Source: Tubulanus polymorphus (lineage: Eukaryota; Animalia; Nemertea). From it: 64,000 nucleotides of DNA. This document shows, piece by piece, positions 39,301-51,843 of this stretch. The notes under the pieces were generated by a model, which was not told the DNA's origin, did no database searches, and saw only the letters and a program-made list of their open reading frames with translations. The DNA is taken from NCBI RefSeq assembly GCF_964204645.1, contig NC_134028.1, positions 2,790,001-2,854,000 of the forward strand. The letters run 5' to 3'. Numbering within the stretch: position 1 is the stretch's first letter; each line of letters starts with the position of its first letter. The position numbers and the translations under genes are program-made.

Positions 39301-42300
39301 AACTATTGGCTACTAAATATGGTGGATTGTTTTTATTCTCATCACTGCACTCCTGAAGATAAGCAGAGAATTCGCGTTGCTGACACGACCTCCACCTCCA
39401 CCTTTTGGAATTTTTGTGAACTATGAAAAAGAAACGACCGAAACTTGTTCTTACATGACACGTCCATGCATTATTACTTTAGTTCGAAGAATTCCCGCTA
39501 GGGGACCGTATGGTGCTGCCACCAAGTTTGAACGTGACATTCGCTTGTTTTTCTTATAATTTGTATACATAGCTGTATTTCGTATCTAGCAGTTGAAGAT
39601 TGGCGTTGCTGACACCGTCTCCACATTTTGAAATTTTTGGAAACTTGGTCTTACAGGGCACCGTCCATGCATTATTACTCTAGTTCGCAGAATTCCCGCT
39701 AGGGGACCGTATGGTGCTGCCACCAAGTTTGAAAGTGACATTTGCTTGTTATTCTTTTAAGATTTGTATCCATCTGTTCTTCGTAGAAGGGGAACTGATT
39801 ATCCGTCTGTCCTATGATGAATGGGAAAAGAACCAAAAACAACTAAGACAATTGTTTTAAATACAATATGCTTTTAAAGCACACATTAATCATTATTTAT
39901 TATCAATAACATTGCTCCAATGGTCACTATACAAAACGTCAGAAACTGACACAGGATAAACACAGAGCAAACTCTTTACTACAAAAATAAATTGCCACAC
40001 TTGTATACGCTGAAAGCTAGGATTACTGGTTTTTTTTCAATTTTTTATCAGACACAAGCTTCCTCTATATTATAATTACTATGTGTATTTACATCATTTG
40101 AAGATCAAAGAAAACAGTGTCATAAGAACAATCAGTGAGAAGAAATCTAACAAAACTATTCTGTGACTGGAAAGATCTATTCTTCCATGTCCTACAGCCA
40201 TAATTATTCAATTCTAACCCACTAAATCTGATGAATTCTGACGTTTCTGCCAAGAATATAATTCCTTCAGGAAAGTAAATATTTCAGGAAGCTGGTATCG
40301 AATTAGAGCAATGTTACTGAAGGCAGTTAACTTGCTTTCAACAGAACGAACTGTCTTTAAATGGCAAAATATTCTTTTTTACAAAAACTCGAGTGTCGAG
40401 TAAGCACATCTTTAAATACAGCAAAAAAAGATTATTAGTTCGCATTTATACAGATTTACATGATGAGCTATACACTATTATATGCAAGGGCCGGGATTTT
40501 TTGAATAAAGACAAAAAAACTTCAATGAGGATGCATGTGCGCAAAACGGCAATATATACACGATGAAGTTAGACATCCAAAGACTGTTAAATAATCTAAT
40601 TACAAGCTTCACTCTTGCATCAGAATTATAGAGTGCCAATAAAAGTATTGAATTATCAAAATCTTCCTTTGCAAGCTATTTTCTTAAATCACATGGACTT
40701 GAAACCTTAAATCAATAATACTTCAGATTAAAGAATATACACGCGTTCAATATGGATAATATTAAAGACAACTACTGAATATCTTTTAAATACAAACAGT
40801 AGTATTCTTATTCAATATAGGAGAAGCTATAATTATAATATGTTGATATAGCACCCGAGCCCTTGTATTAGATACGATTTTAAAAAGTTTACTGCTTAGT
40901 TTCTACCAAGTCTTCCACACATATCAATGATTGATATGTTAAGATTCTCTATACTGGATACACTGACTACACTGAGATGTTTTGTCAATGCTTTGAAATT
41001 ATTGTAATCATTTCGTTGTTATAAAATGGTCACTAATATCTGTGATTGTTATTTCTGAATGGATTTATGTAAGTTAGCATTCCATTCAGATATTTCAATG
41101 GTTATATGTATAATCGGTACCCTGCTAGGCACGTCCATCACATCCAAAGTAAATAATTTTCATTATAGTTTTGATTATTATAGTTGTTATACAAGTACGT
41201 GTTTTGTATGATGGGGCGATTGATAAAATCACTTGCCAATTTTATCACAAACTGTTTTTTACATATTAGGTGGAAATAGAAATCCCTGCTAATAATATGT
41301 TTGTATACATCGTTATACCCTAATTAATTGCTTCTAAAATAAACTATTGGCTACTAAATATGGTGGATTGTTTTTATTCTCATCACTGCACTCCTGAAGA
41401 TAAGCAGAGAATTCGCGTTGCTGACACGACCTCCACCTCCACCTTTTGGAATTTTTGTGAACTATGAAAAAGAAACGACCGAAACTTGTTCTTACATGGC
41501 ACGTCCATGCATTATTACTTTAGTTCGAAGAATTTCCGCTAGGGGACCGTATGGTGCTGCCACCAAGTTTGAACGTGACATTTGCTTGTTTTTCTGGTAA
41601 TTTGTATACATAGCTGTATTTCGTATCTAGCAGTTGAAGATTGGCGTTGCTGACACCGTCTCCACATTTTGAAATTTTTGGAAACTTGTTCTTACAGGGC
41701 ACCGTCCATGCATTATTACTCTAGTTCGCAGAATTCCCGCTAGGGGACCGTATGGTGCTGCCACCAAGTTTGAAATTGACATTTGCTTGTTTTTCTTTTG
41801 AGATTTGTATCCATCTGTTCTTCGTAGAAGGGGAACTGATTATCCGTCTGTCCTATGATGAATGGGAAAAGAACCAAAAACAACTAAGACAATTGTTTTA
41901 AATACAATATGCTTTCAAAGCACACATTAATCATTATTTATTATCAATAACATTGCTCCAGTGGTCACTATACAAAACGTCAGAGACTGACACGGATAAA
42001 CACAGAGCAAACTCTTTACTACAAAAATAAATTGCCACACTTGTATACGCTGAAAGCTAGGATTACTGGTTTTTTTTTCAATTTTTTATCAGACACAAGC
42101 TTCCTCTATATTATAATTACTATGTGTATTTACATCATTTGAAGATCAAAGAAAACAGTGTCATAAGAACAATCAGTGAGAAGAAATCTAACAAAACGAT
42201 TCTGTGACTGGAAAGATCTATTCTTCCATGTCCTACAGCCATAATTATTCAATTCTAACCCACTAAATCTGATGAATTCTGACGTTTCTGCCAAGAATGT

Positions 42301-45300
42301 AATTCCTTCAGGAAAGTAAATATTTCAAGAAGCTGGTATCGAATTAGAGCAATGTTACTGAAGGCAGTTAACTTGCTTTCAACAGAACGAGCTGTCTTTA
42401 AATGGCAAAATATCCTTTTTTCCAAAACCCGGTGGCGAGTAAGCACATCCTTAAATACAGCAAAAAAGATTATTAGTTCGCATTTATACAGATTTACATG
42501 ATAAGCTATACACTATTATATGCAAGGGCCGAGATTTCTTGAATAAAGACAAAAAACTTCAATGAGGATGCATGTGCGCAAAACGGCAATATATACACGA
42601 TGAAGCTAGACATCCAAAGACTGTTAAATAATTTGATTACAGGCTTCACTCATGCATCAGAATTATAGAGTGTCAATAAAAGTATTGAATTATCCAAATC
42701 TTCCTTTGCAAGCTATTTTCTTAAATTACATGGACTTGAAACCTTAAATCAATAATACTTCAGATTAAAGAATATACACGCGTTCACTATGGATAATATT
42801 AAAGACAACTACTGAATATCTTTTAAATACAAACAGTAGTATTCTTATTCAATATAGGAGAAGCTATAATTATAATATGTTGATATAGCGCTCGAGCCCT
42901 TGTATTAGATATGATTTAAAAAAGTTTACTGCTTAGTTTCTACCACACATATCAATGATTGATATGTTAAGATTCTCTATACTGGATACACTGACTACAC
43001 TGAGATGTTTTGTCAATGCTTTGAAATTATTGTAATTCATTTCGTTGTTTTAAAATGGTCACTAATATCTGTTAACAAGCTGTTGAGATTGTTATTTCTG
43101 AATGTATTTATTGAAGTTAGCATTCCATTCAGATATTTCGATGGTTATATGTATAATTGGTACCCTGCTAGGCACGTCCATCACATCCAAAGTAAATAAT
43201 TTTCATTATAGTTTTGATTATTATAGTTGTTATACAAGTACGTTTTTTTGTATGATGGGGCGATTGATAAAATCACTTGCCAATTTTATCACAAACTGTT
43301 TTTTACATATTAGGTGGAAATAGAAATCCCTGCTAATAATATGTTTGTATACATCGTTATACCCTAATTAATTGCTTCTAGAATAAACTATTGGCTACTA
43401 GATATGGTGGATTGTTTTTATTCTCATCACTGCACTCCTGAAGATAAGCAGAGAATTCGCGTTGCTGACACGACCTCCACCTCCACCTTTTGGAATTTTT
43501 GTGAACTATGAAAAAGAAACGACCGAAACTTGTTCTTACATGACACGTCCATGCATTATTACTTTAGTTCGAAGAATTCCCGCTAGGGGACCGTATGGTG
43601 CTGCCACCAAGTTTGAACGTGACATTCGCTTGTTTTTCTTATAATTTGTATACATAGCTGTATTTCGTATCTAGCAGTTGAAGATTGGCGTTGCTGACAC
43701 CGTCTCCACCTTTTGAAATTTTTGGAAACTTGTTCTTACAGGGCACCGTCCATGCATTATTACTCTAGTTCGTAGAATTCCCGCTAGGGGACCGTATGGT
43801 GCTGCCACCAAGTTTGAAATTGACATTTGCTTGTTTTTCTTTTAATATTTGTATCCATCTGTTCTTCGTAGAAGGGGAACTGATTATCCGTCTGTCCTAT
43901 GATGAATGGGAAAAGAACCAAAAACAACTAAGACAATTGTTTTAAATACAATATGCTTTCAAAGCACACATTAATCATTATTTATTATCAATAACATTGC
44001 TCCAGTGGTCACTATACAAAACGTCAGAGACTGACACAGGATAAACACAGAGCAAACTCTTTACTACAAAAATAAATTGCCACACTTGTATACGCTGAAA
44101 GCTAGGATTACTGTTTTTTTTTTCAATTTTTTATCAGACACAAGCTTCCTCTATATTATAATTACTATGTGTATTTACATCATTTGAAGATCAAAGAAAA
44201 CAGTGTCATAAGAACAATCAGTGAGAAGAAATCTAACAAAACGATTCTGTGACTGGAAAGATCTATTCTTCCATGTCCTACAGCCATAATTATTCAATTC
44301 TAACCCACTAAATCTGATGAATTCTGACGTTTCTGCCAAGAATGTAATTCCTTCAGGAAAGTAAATATTTCAGGAAGCTGGTATCGAATTAGAGCAATGT
44401 TACTGAAGGCAGTTAACTTGCTTTCAACAGAACGAACTGTCTTTAAATGGCAAAATATTCTTTTTTACAAAAACTCGAGTGTCGAGTAAGCACATCTTTA
44501 AATACAGCAAAAAAAGATTATTAGTTCGCATTTATACAGATTTACATGATAAGCTATACACTATTATATGCAAGGGCCGGGATTTTTTGAATAAAGACAA
44601 AAAAACTTCAATGAGGATGCATGTGCGCAAAACGGCAATATATACACGATGAAGCTAGACATCCAAAGACTGTTAAATAATTTGATTACAAGCTTCAATC
44701 ATGCATCAGAATTATAGAGTGTCAATAAAAGTATTGAATTATCAAAATCTTCCTTTGCAAGCTATTTTCTTAAATCACATGGACTTGAAACCTTAAATCA
44801 ATAATACTTCAGATTAAAGAATATATACGCGTTCAATATGGATAATATTAAAGACAACTACTGAATATCTTTTAAATACAAACAGTAGTATTCTTATTCA
44901 ATATAGGAGAAGCTATAATTATAATATGTTAATATAGCGCTCGAGCCATTTTATTAGATATGATTTAAAAGTGTGTACTGCTTAGTTTCTACCAAGTCTT
45001 CCATACATATCAATGATTGATATGTTAAGATTCTCTACACTGGATACACTGACTACACTGAGATGTTTTGTCAATGCTTTGAAATTATTGTAATTCATTT
45101 CGTTGTTATTAAATGGTCACTAATATCTGTTAACAAGCTGTTGAGATTGTTATTTCTGAATGGATTTATGTAAGTTAGCATTCCATTCAGATATTTCGGT
45201 GGTTATATGTATAATTGGTACCCTGCTAGGCACGTCCATCACATCCAAAGTAAATAATTTTCATTATAGTTTTGATTATTATAGTTGTTATACAAGTACG

Positions 45301-48300
45301 TTTTTTTGTATGATGGGGCGATTGATAAAATCACTTGCCAATTTTATCACAAACTGTTTTTTACATATTAGGTGGAAATAGAAATCCCTGCTAATAATAT
45401 GTTTGTATACATCGTTATACCCTAATTAATTGCTTCTAAAATAAACTATTGGCTACTAAATATGGTGGATTGTTTTTATTCTCATCACTGCACTCCTGAA
45501 GATAAGCAGAGAATTCGCGTTGCTGACACGACCTCCACCTCCACCTTTTGGAATTTTTGTGAACTATGAAAAAGAAACGACCGAAACTTGTTCTTACATG
45601 ACACGTCCATGCATTATTACTTTAGTTCGAAGAATTCCCGCTAGGGGACCGTATGGTGCTGCCACCAAGTTTGAACGTGACATTCGCTTGTTTTTCTTAT
45701 AATTTGTATACATAGCTGTATTTCGTATCTAGCAGTTGAAGATTGGCGTTGCTGACACCGTCTCCACATTTTGAAATTTTTGGAAACTTGTTCTTACAGG
45801 GCACCGTCCATGCATTATTACTCTAGTTCGCAGAATTCCCGCTAGGGGACCGTATGGTGCTGCCACCAAGTTTGAAAGTGACATTTGCTTGTTTTTCTTT
45901 TAAGATTTGTATCCATCTGTTCTTCGTAGAAGGGGAACTGATTATCCATCTGTCCTATGATGAATGGGAAAAGAACCAAAAACAACTAAGACAATTGTTT
46001 TAAATACAATATGCTTTCAAAGCACACATTAATCATTATTTATTATCAATAACATTGCTCCAGTGGTCACTATACAAAACGTCAGAGACTGACACAGGAT
46101 AAACACAGAGCAAACTCTTTACTACAAAAATAAATTGCCACACTTGTATACGCTGAAAGCTAGGATTACTGTTTTTTTTTTTCAATTTTTTATCAGACAC
46201 AAGCTTCCTCTATATTATAATTACTATGTGTATTTACATCATTTGAAGATCAAAGAAAACAGTGTCATAAGAACAATCAGTGAGAAGAAATCTAACAAAA
46301 CGATTCTGTGACTGGAAAGATCTATTCTTCCATGTCCTACAGCCATAATTATTCAATTCTAACCCACTAAATCTGATGAATTCTGACGTTTCTGCCAAGA
46401 ATGTAATTCCTTCAGGAAAGTAAATATTTCAGGAAGCTGGTATCGAATTAGAGCAATGTTACTGAAGGCAGTTAACTTGCTTTCAACAGAACGAACTGTC
46501 TTTAAATGGCAAAATATTCTTTTTTACAAAAACTCGAGTGTCGAGTAAGCACATCTTTAAATACAGCAAAAAAAGATTATTAGTTCGCATTTATACAGAT
46601 TTACATGATAAGCTATACACTATTATATGCAAGGGCCGGGATTTTTTGAATAAAGACAAAAAAACTTCAATGAGGATGCATGTGCGCAAAACGACGATAT
46701 ATATATGATAAAGCTAGACATCCAAAGACTGTTAAATAATCTAATTACAAGCTTAACTCTTGCATCAGAATTATAGAGTGCCAATAACAGTAATGAATTG
46801 TCAAAATCTTCATTTGCAAGCCATTTTCATAAATCATGTGGACTTGAAACTTTAAACCAATAATCTTTATCATCATTTTCAAATCTAAGTGATATCAATT
46901 GCTAGATAGCTCTCTCCACCAAGATAAGAACTTCATTCATATGCACCATTTTAGGACAATAATTTCGCACAGATAAATTACATTTGTATGGTATATATCG
47001 TAGACAGCAGTTACGTAGCACAGCGTGTCACTTGAGCAACAATTCTTGTTTTCACCGAGTAAGAAGAAGGATAGGTGACAACATCTAAGTGTTTCTATTT
47101 ATAAGGCGTATAAACATGACAAATTGAAAGCTGAAAAATTGAACGGAATTCGATTCAAAAATCTCTTGCTGCGACTACTCAACTATTTAAAGTTTCCTCT
47201 CGAAACAAGACGCGATGCAAGTCTCAATAATTTAATACAAGTAGTGCTTTCAACGCTTTATTTACAAAATCTTTCAAAAGAAAATGATTTCATTCTATAG
47301 AAAACAGTATGAATCCGATGCAAATATGTGTCTATTCGATCATCTCGTTGGTATATAAAAATTCAACCCAAACTTTTATCCTGAATTACGTTTATGAATA
47401 GGTATGTTGCATTAGTTTATGAGAGTATTCTCCTTTACCTAAACAACCTGTATTTGAGCAAGTTTTGGCCATCATGTACGACGGACATTGCATATAGATA
47501 ACTTCCTCTTCGCGCCTTTAAAAATCACCGTGACAATTCTTATTTTCTATTTCATCAGTAATCTTCGGAATATCTTCATAACGAGTCGCCTGAATATCAT
47601 TCGAATTGACAACTCGCGTTTGACTCGACATCCGCGATTATTATTATCATCTAATGCGGAATATTATTCATTTTCCGCTTTACCTACAAAACGTAACACA
47701 CACGAAGATGGTCCCAATTCCTCACAACGACAAAAACAGATAAACACATTTTAAGTAGTTATTTCTGTTTTCTATGTTCTACTTCCGACGTACGATATAC
47801 TTAGAGTAATATATCAATATTGTTATCAATATTACTATGATTATTATAATTACTATTCATTCATAATATCAGTTATTATAATATTCATACTAAATGGTCC
47901 GAATTTATTTTCGCTCGCATCGAGAGCAGGCAATACAATTAGAATAAAATGGACCCTTTCATGTTTCAGGAATAAACCACGTTAGCTCTGATAGCCCTCG
48001 AAGCCTCGATACCTTGTCACTTCCAATACATCACGAATTTACTATCGCACAACTCCCTCGTTTGAATTGAAGAAAAAATGATTCTAGTTTTTGTTGTTTC
48101 CAGAAGAACAAGGTATTGTAGAATTCGCAGGGCTCAGAATGGAATTTTCAGTATATATTACACCATTAATAGCTGCAAGCTTTCAAATATTTTCTCGCCG
48201 CTATCAAATAATGCTTTTAGACTTAAAAGAAAAAAAAAACGCACAAACATATCATGACCGTATTGATTAGATAGAACTGCAATCATTTTACCGGAACCTT

Positions 48301-49369
48301 GCTATAAAGCTCTGTACTAACAACAAACATAGTTGCACTCAGGCTGAATAAGCAGGCTATTTTACACGTGAACCTGGATGACAATTCATCGAGGCAGGTT
48401 TTAGGGGTAAGGGACAGTTCAAATCCACACAAAAATCAACAACACATTGAATAATATATTTGAACTCTCGAGGGTTGGAGAAGAAAAGAAACAATATCTA
48501 CACATATGTTATTGTATATGTACAAAACAAGTAGAGAAGAAATTCTTGTTCCATCGTCGCATGAAGAAAGCGTATTTCCATTGATCAGTTTTTTTTTCAT
48601 AAAATGTTCGTAGATATCCTAGACTCAAGAGTTTTATCACAGCATTAGTCCATATACAGCACTTACAGTATCTATACGTGCCTATGAAAAACAATCATTT
48701 TCGTTTGAAGATACCGTAACTAAATCATATCTAGATTAGCAAGATTCTCAAAATAAATTTTCCTACTAATCGACAATGGAATTCCAGCAATCTGATTTCT
48801 AATATAATACAATATTCATCTATGCTCACACATTCAGACATTTAAGGTAAGTACATCAATTCGAAGTGCCTTTATCTCTTTGTTTTTATGTTAAATAACC
48901 ATATATATGTATAGATATATACATACAGATGATGAGTGTATTCATGGTCATACCTTGTGATTCATGTTTTAGTGAGTTTCAGACTTGAAAGTACAGATAA
49001 CTATCTATTCAAACTAGACACTTCTACTGATCTTTCGAAGTCTACAGCATCAAAGGGTAACTGCTAAGTACTCCTAAATCATCATTCTCACTTATATCAA
49101 CTCATTTCATAAAGATTTGGTCCTTTCGATCTCAGTATGGTTATAACGATAGACGATAGTAACGATCGGTGGTCTCGATAATAGAGAAACTAGGTCACTA
49201 TAGCACCGTATCAATCTTGTATTTACACACATTCACACAACACACGTCGACAGAAATAAGAAGAAACCGCAAACTATCAAACACGGACACTTTATCACAT
49301 ATTGTTCACAGATAATTTCTGGATTGTTCGTTGTACACCGAGAAATCTATTCTAATGTCCGTTATAGCG

Positions 49370-50193
49370 TTAAGTCTTCGACAGTGATTCAACCATTTTC
49401 TCCCAACTGATTCCGCTTGATACGTCGGTCGGCGTGCTGAAGTCCGATTCGTCCATATTGAAAATATCGAGAATCTCCTGCGGTTTCGGAGTCAATATCG
49501 GATCCGACGGGAACGATACGGGAGCGTTCGCTAACAGCGGCGTCAAACCGCTGCTCGTGCTCGGCATTATTACGTCCAACCAATCGGATATATCGATGTT
49601 CATCGTCGTCTGGTTCTCTTGTTCGATCGCGAGCGAATTCAAATTCGGTTCGGAACCGTGAACGCTGCTACCGCTGTTCGTACTCGTCGCGCTGCTGTTA
49701 CTGTTACAGTTCTGATGAGGCACGGTCAACGTTTGTCCGTGGTTATGATTCGATGTTTGCGATAAACCTAACGATTCGAGATTTGAATTATCGCCCGACC
49801 AGTCCATCGTCATGAATTCCATATCGTTGCCCGGCGGCAAGTTATCGGCGATCAACGCGTTCAGCTCGCTACTCGGACTGCCAGGGGCGGCGATTTGAGC
49901 GCTTATTTTCAACGGCGGCGGAGGCTCTTTCTTGATACCGACGACAGTGACATTGCGAGTTGCGTAGCCGTTCTGTTGCGGAATCAACATCGCAGTTGGT
50001 ATAGTTTTTGAAACGTCTGTAGTTAGAGTCGCCGTCGATGAAGAACTTCTTGAAACCGGTTGGTTGTTATTGATAATGTTGGCCGTAGAACTCGTGACGT
50101 GATTTGGAAATGATATCGTGAACGTCGGCGCACTCGACGTATTCGTACCGGATAATGGTGTTTTCGGTGTATCTAGAGCCGAAGATGGCAGTT
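49370..50193 (-). CDS. Mrtf: MRTF last coding exon (transactivation domain)
   Basis: ttgtag|ELPSSALDTPK...MDISDWLD-like acidic/hydrophobic motifs...ISWEKMVESLSKT*. Confidence 0.92.
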
Positions 50194-51803
50194 CTACAAA
50201 ATATCGATAAGACAACATTGAAAAATTTCATCTAAAACCAGACAAGCATCAATATTTTCAAAGAACTTACAAAGGAATACAGGTCTGACTACCTGATAAC
50301 TCTAATTATACTAGTTTCAACCAAGAATGAGAGTAATTTGATACAAAAAATAGTGTTAATTCAATTGAAAATGAACTAGAAATTATTCTTTTGAGTATTT
50401 TGATATTTTCGGGAATAGTCAAGCTCTTAAACTACTCTCAAATCGTAGCTGTAGTCACGGAAACATACCTCCATTTTTAATGAGTATTTCAAGTACGTCG
50501 TCCATAGCTTGAGATTTACCAATCATTGGACTCAAATTACCGAGTTGATTATTGGACAGGGCAGCCAGGAATGTGCTGACATTGTTGATCGTCGTAGTGC
50601 CAGTAGATGCCGCTACTGATTGTGGCTGATCAGAAGTCGCTGCCTGCAACTGCTGCACGATCTGTTGAGTCTTCAGATGTTTTTGCTATAAATTTCAAAA
50701 ACAAAATTTCTACAAATCACCTTTGAAAGCTATGGATCTGGTTTCATACGTTGCTGGGCCAACCAAATATGGCGTATTGAGCAACGGAATGAGGGAGAGA
50801 ACAAGTTTCAATCAAATGAAAGAGGCCCAAATCTTTACAAGCGTTTCTGTCATACCTGTTTTGTTTTCATCGCTTCGTCATATTTCGGGGGATCTTTCAT
50901 CGGAAATGTTGGCGGGAAAAAGAAGCCATTGGAATTTTTGACGGGTGAAGTCGGCACTGATGTCGACGACGCTCTGAAATAGTGACATTCATAAATGAAA
51001 ATCTATGCATAAAAAACAAATAGCTATGAAAAGATTATTTCCTGATGAAAAAAATGAATACCTGGATGTATTAATGACGCCGTTAATCGGAACAGTGTTA
51101 GCGCGTGGTTTCTTTATTACGTCGTTTGTTGTGAAATCGTTTTTTGGAGGAGAAGTGACGATATGACCGATAAACTGTCCGTTATTACCAAGCGGAGACA
51201 ACGACAAAATCTTCGTCTGGCCACCGAAATTCAGACTCTCGTGAAGACTTCCGCCATCGTAAACAGCCTTGACCTGATTATCGTTAGTCGGTGGCGTTGC
51301 AGTCGATGTGGCGGCAGTCAATGAAATATTTGTCGGAATAAGAGGCGGAGATGGAATGACGGTTTGCGGAGCCGGCTGCATCGTCGTCGTCTGAGGTTGT
51401 CCGGTAGCTTGTATCAGTAACGGTTGTTGTCCCGGTTGAGTAATGATCTGAGTTTGTCCCGGTTTCAGGAATATCTGTTGTTGACTGTGTTGAGCGGCCG
51501 CCGCCAGTTGTAACTGCGATTGCTGCAATTGTCGTTGCAACTCTTCGATCTGTTTCTGTTGTATTCGTACGAGTTCCTCGTGAGTAATCGGTTTCACGGT
51601 GATCCCCGTCATTCCGTGCGACGTCTGCGTTCCCTGATTCAGATTCAAACTCGAATTCAAATCCATCGGGATCGTGTTTACGATATTCACCGATGTGATC
51701 GGCTGTTGCGAGATATCGACGTCCATCGGGACGGCAGACGATGGTCGCTGGTCAAGAACTTGTTGTTGTTGTTGATGTAAATTCGTCTGTGATTTCTGCA
51801 GTA

Positions 51804-51843
<40 letters not shown>

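Larger units (their letters stand above)
22970..46864. repeat. Tandem array (macrosatellite-like) of 12 units, mostly ~2.05 kb and ~1.8 kb
   Basis: Anchor cacaagcttcctctatatt recurs at 24398, 26447, 28279, 30074, 31872, 33921, 35948, 37996, 40053, 42094, 44139 and 46198; the ORF track repeats with the same periods. Confidence 0.98.

Noticed and set aside
23329-45702. Repeated 60-100 aa ORFs in the array (MLTRPPPPPFG..., MDLCKL..., MPHLYTLK...)
   Set aside because: Most begin at non-ATG codons or vary by frameshifts between copies, and none has a recognisable domain. Their recurrence only reflects the DNA repeat.
22970-46864. CRISPR array or prokaryotic defence locus
   Set aside because: Units are kb-sized and near-identical throughout with no unique spacers, there are no cas-like ORFs, and the flanks are spliceosomal animal genes.
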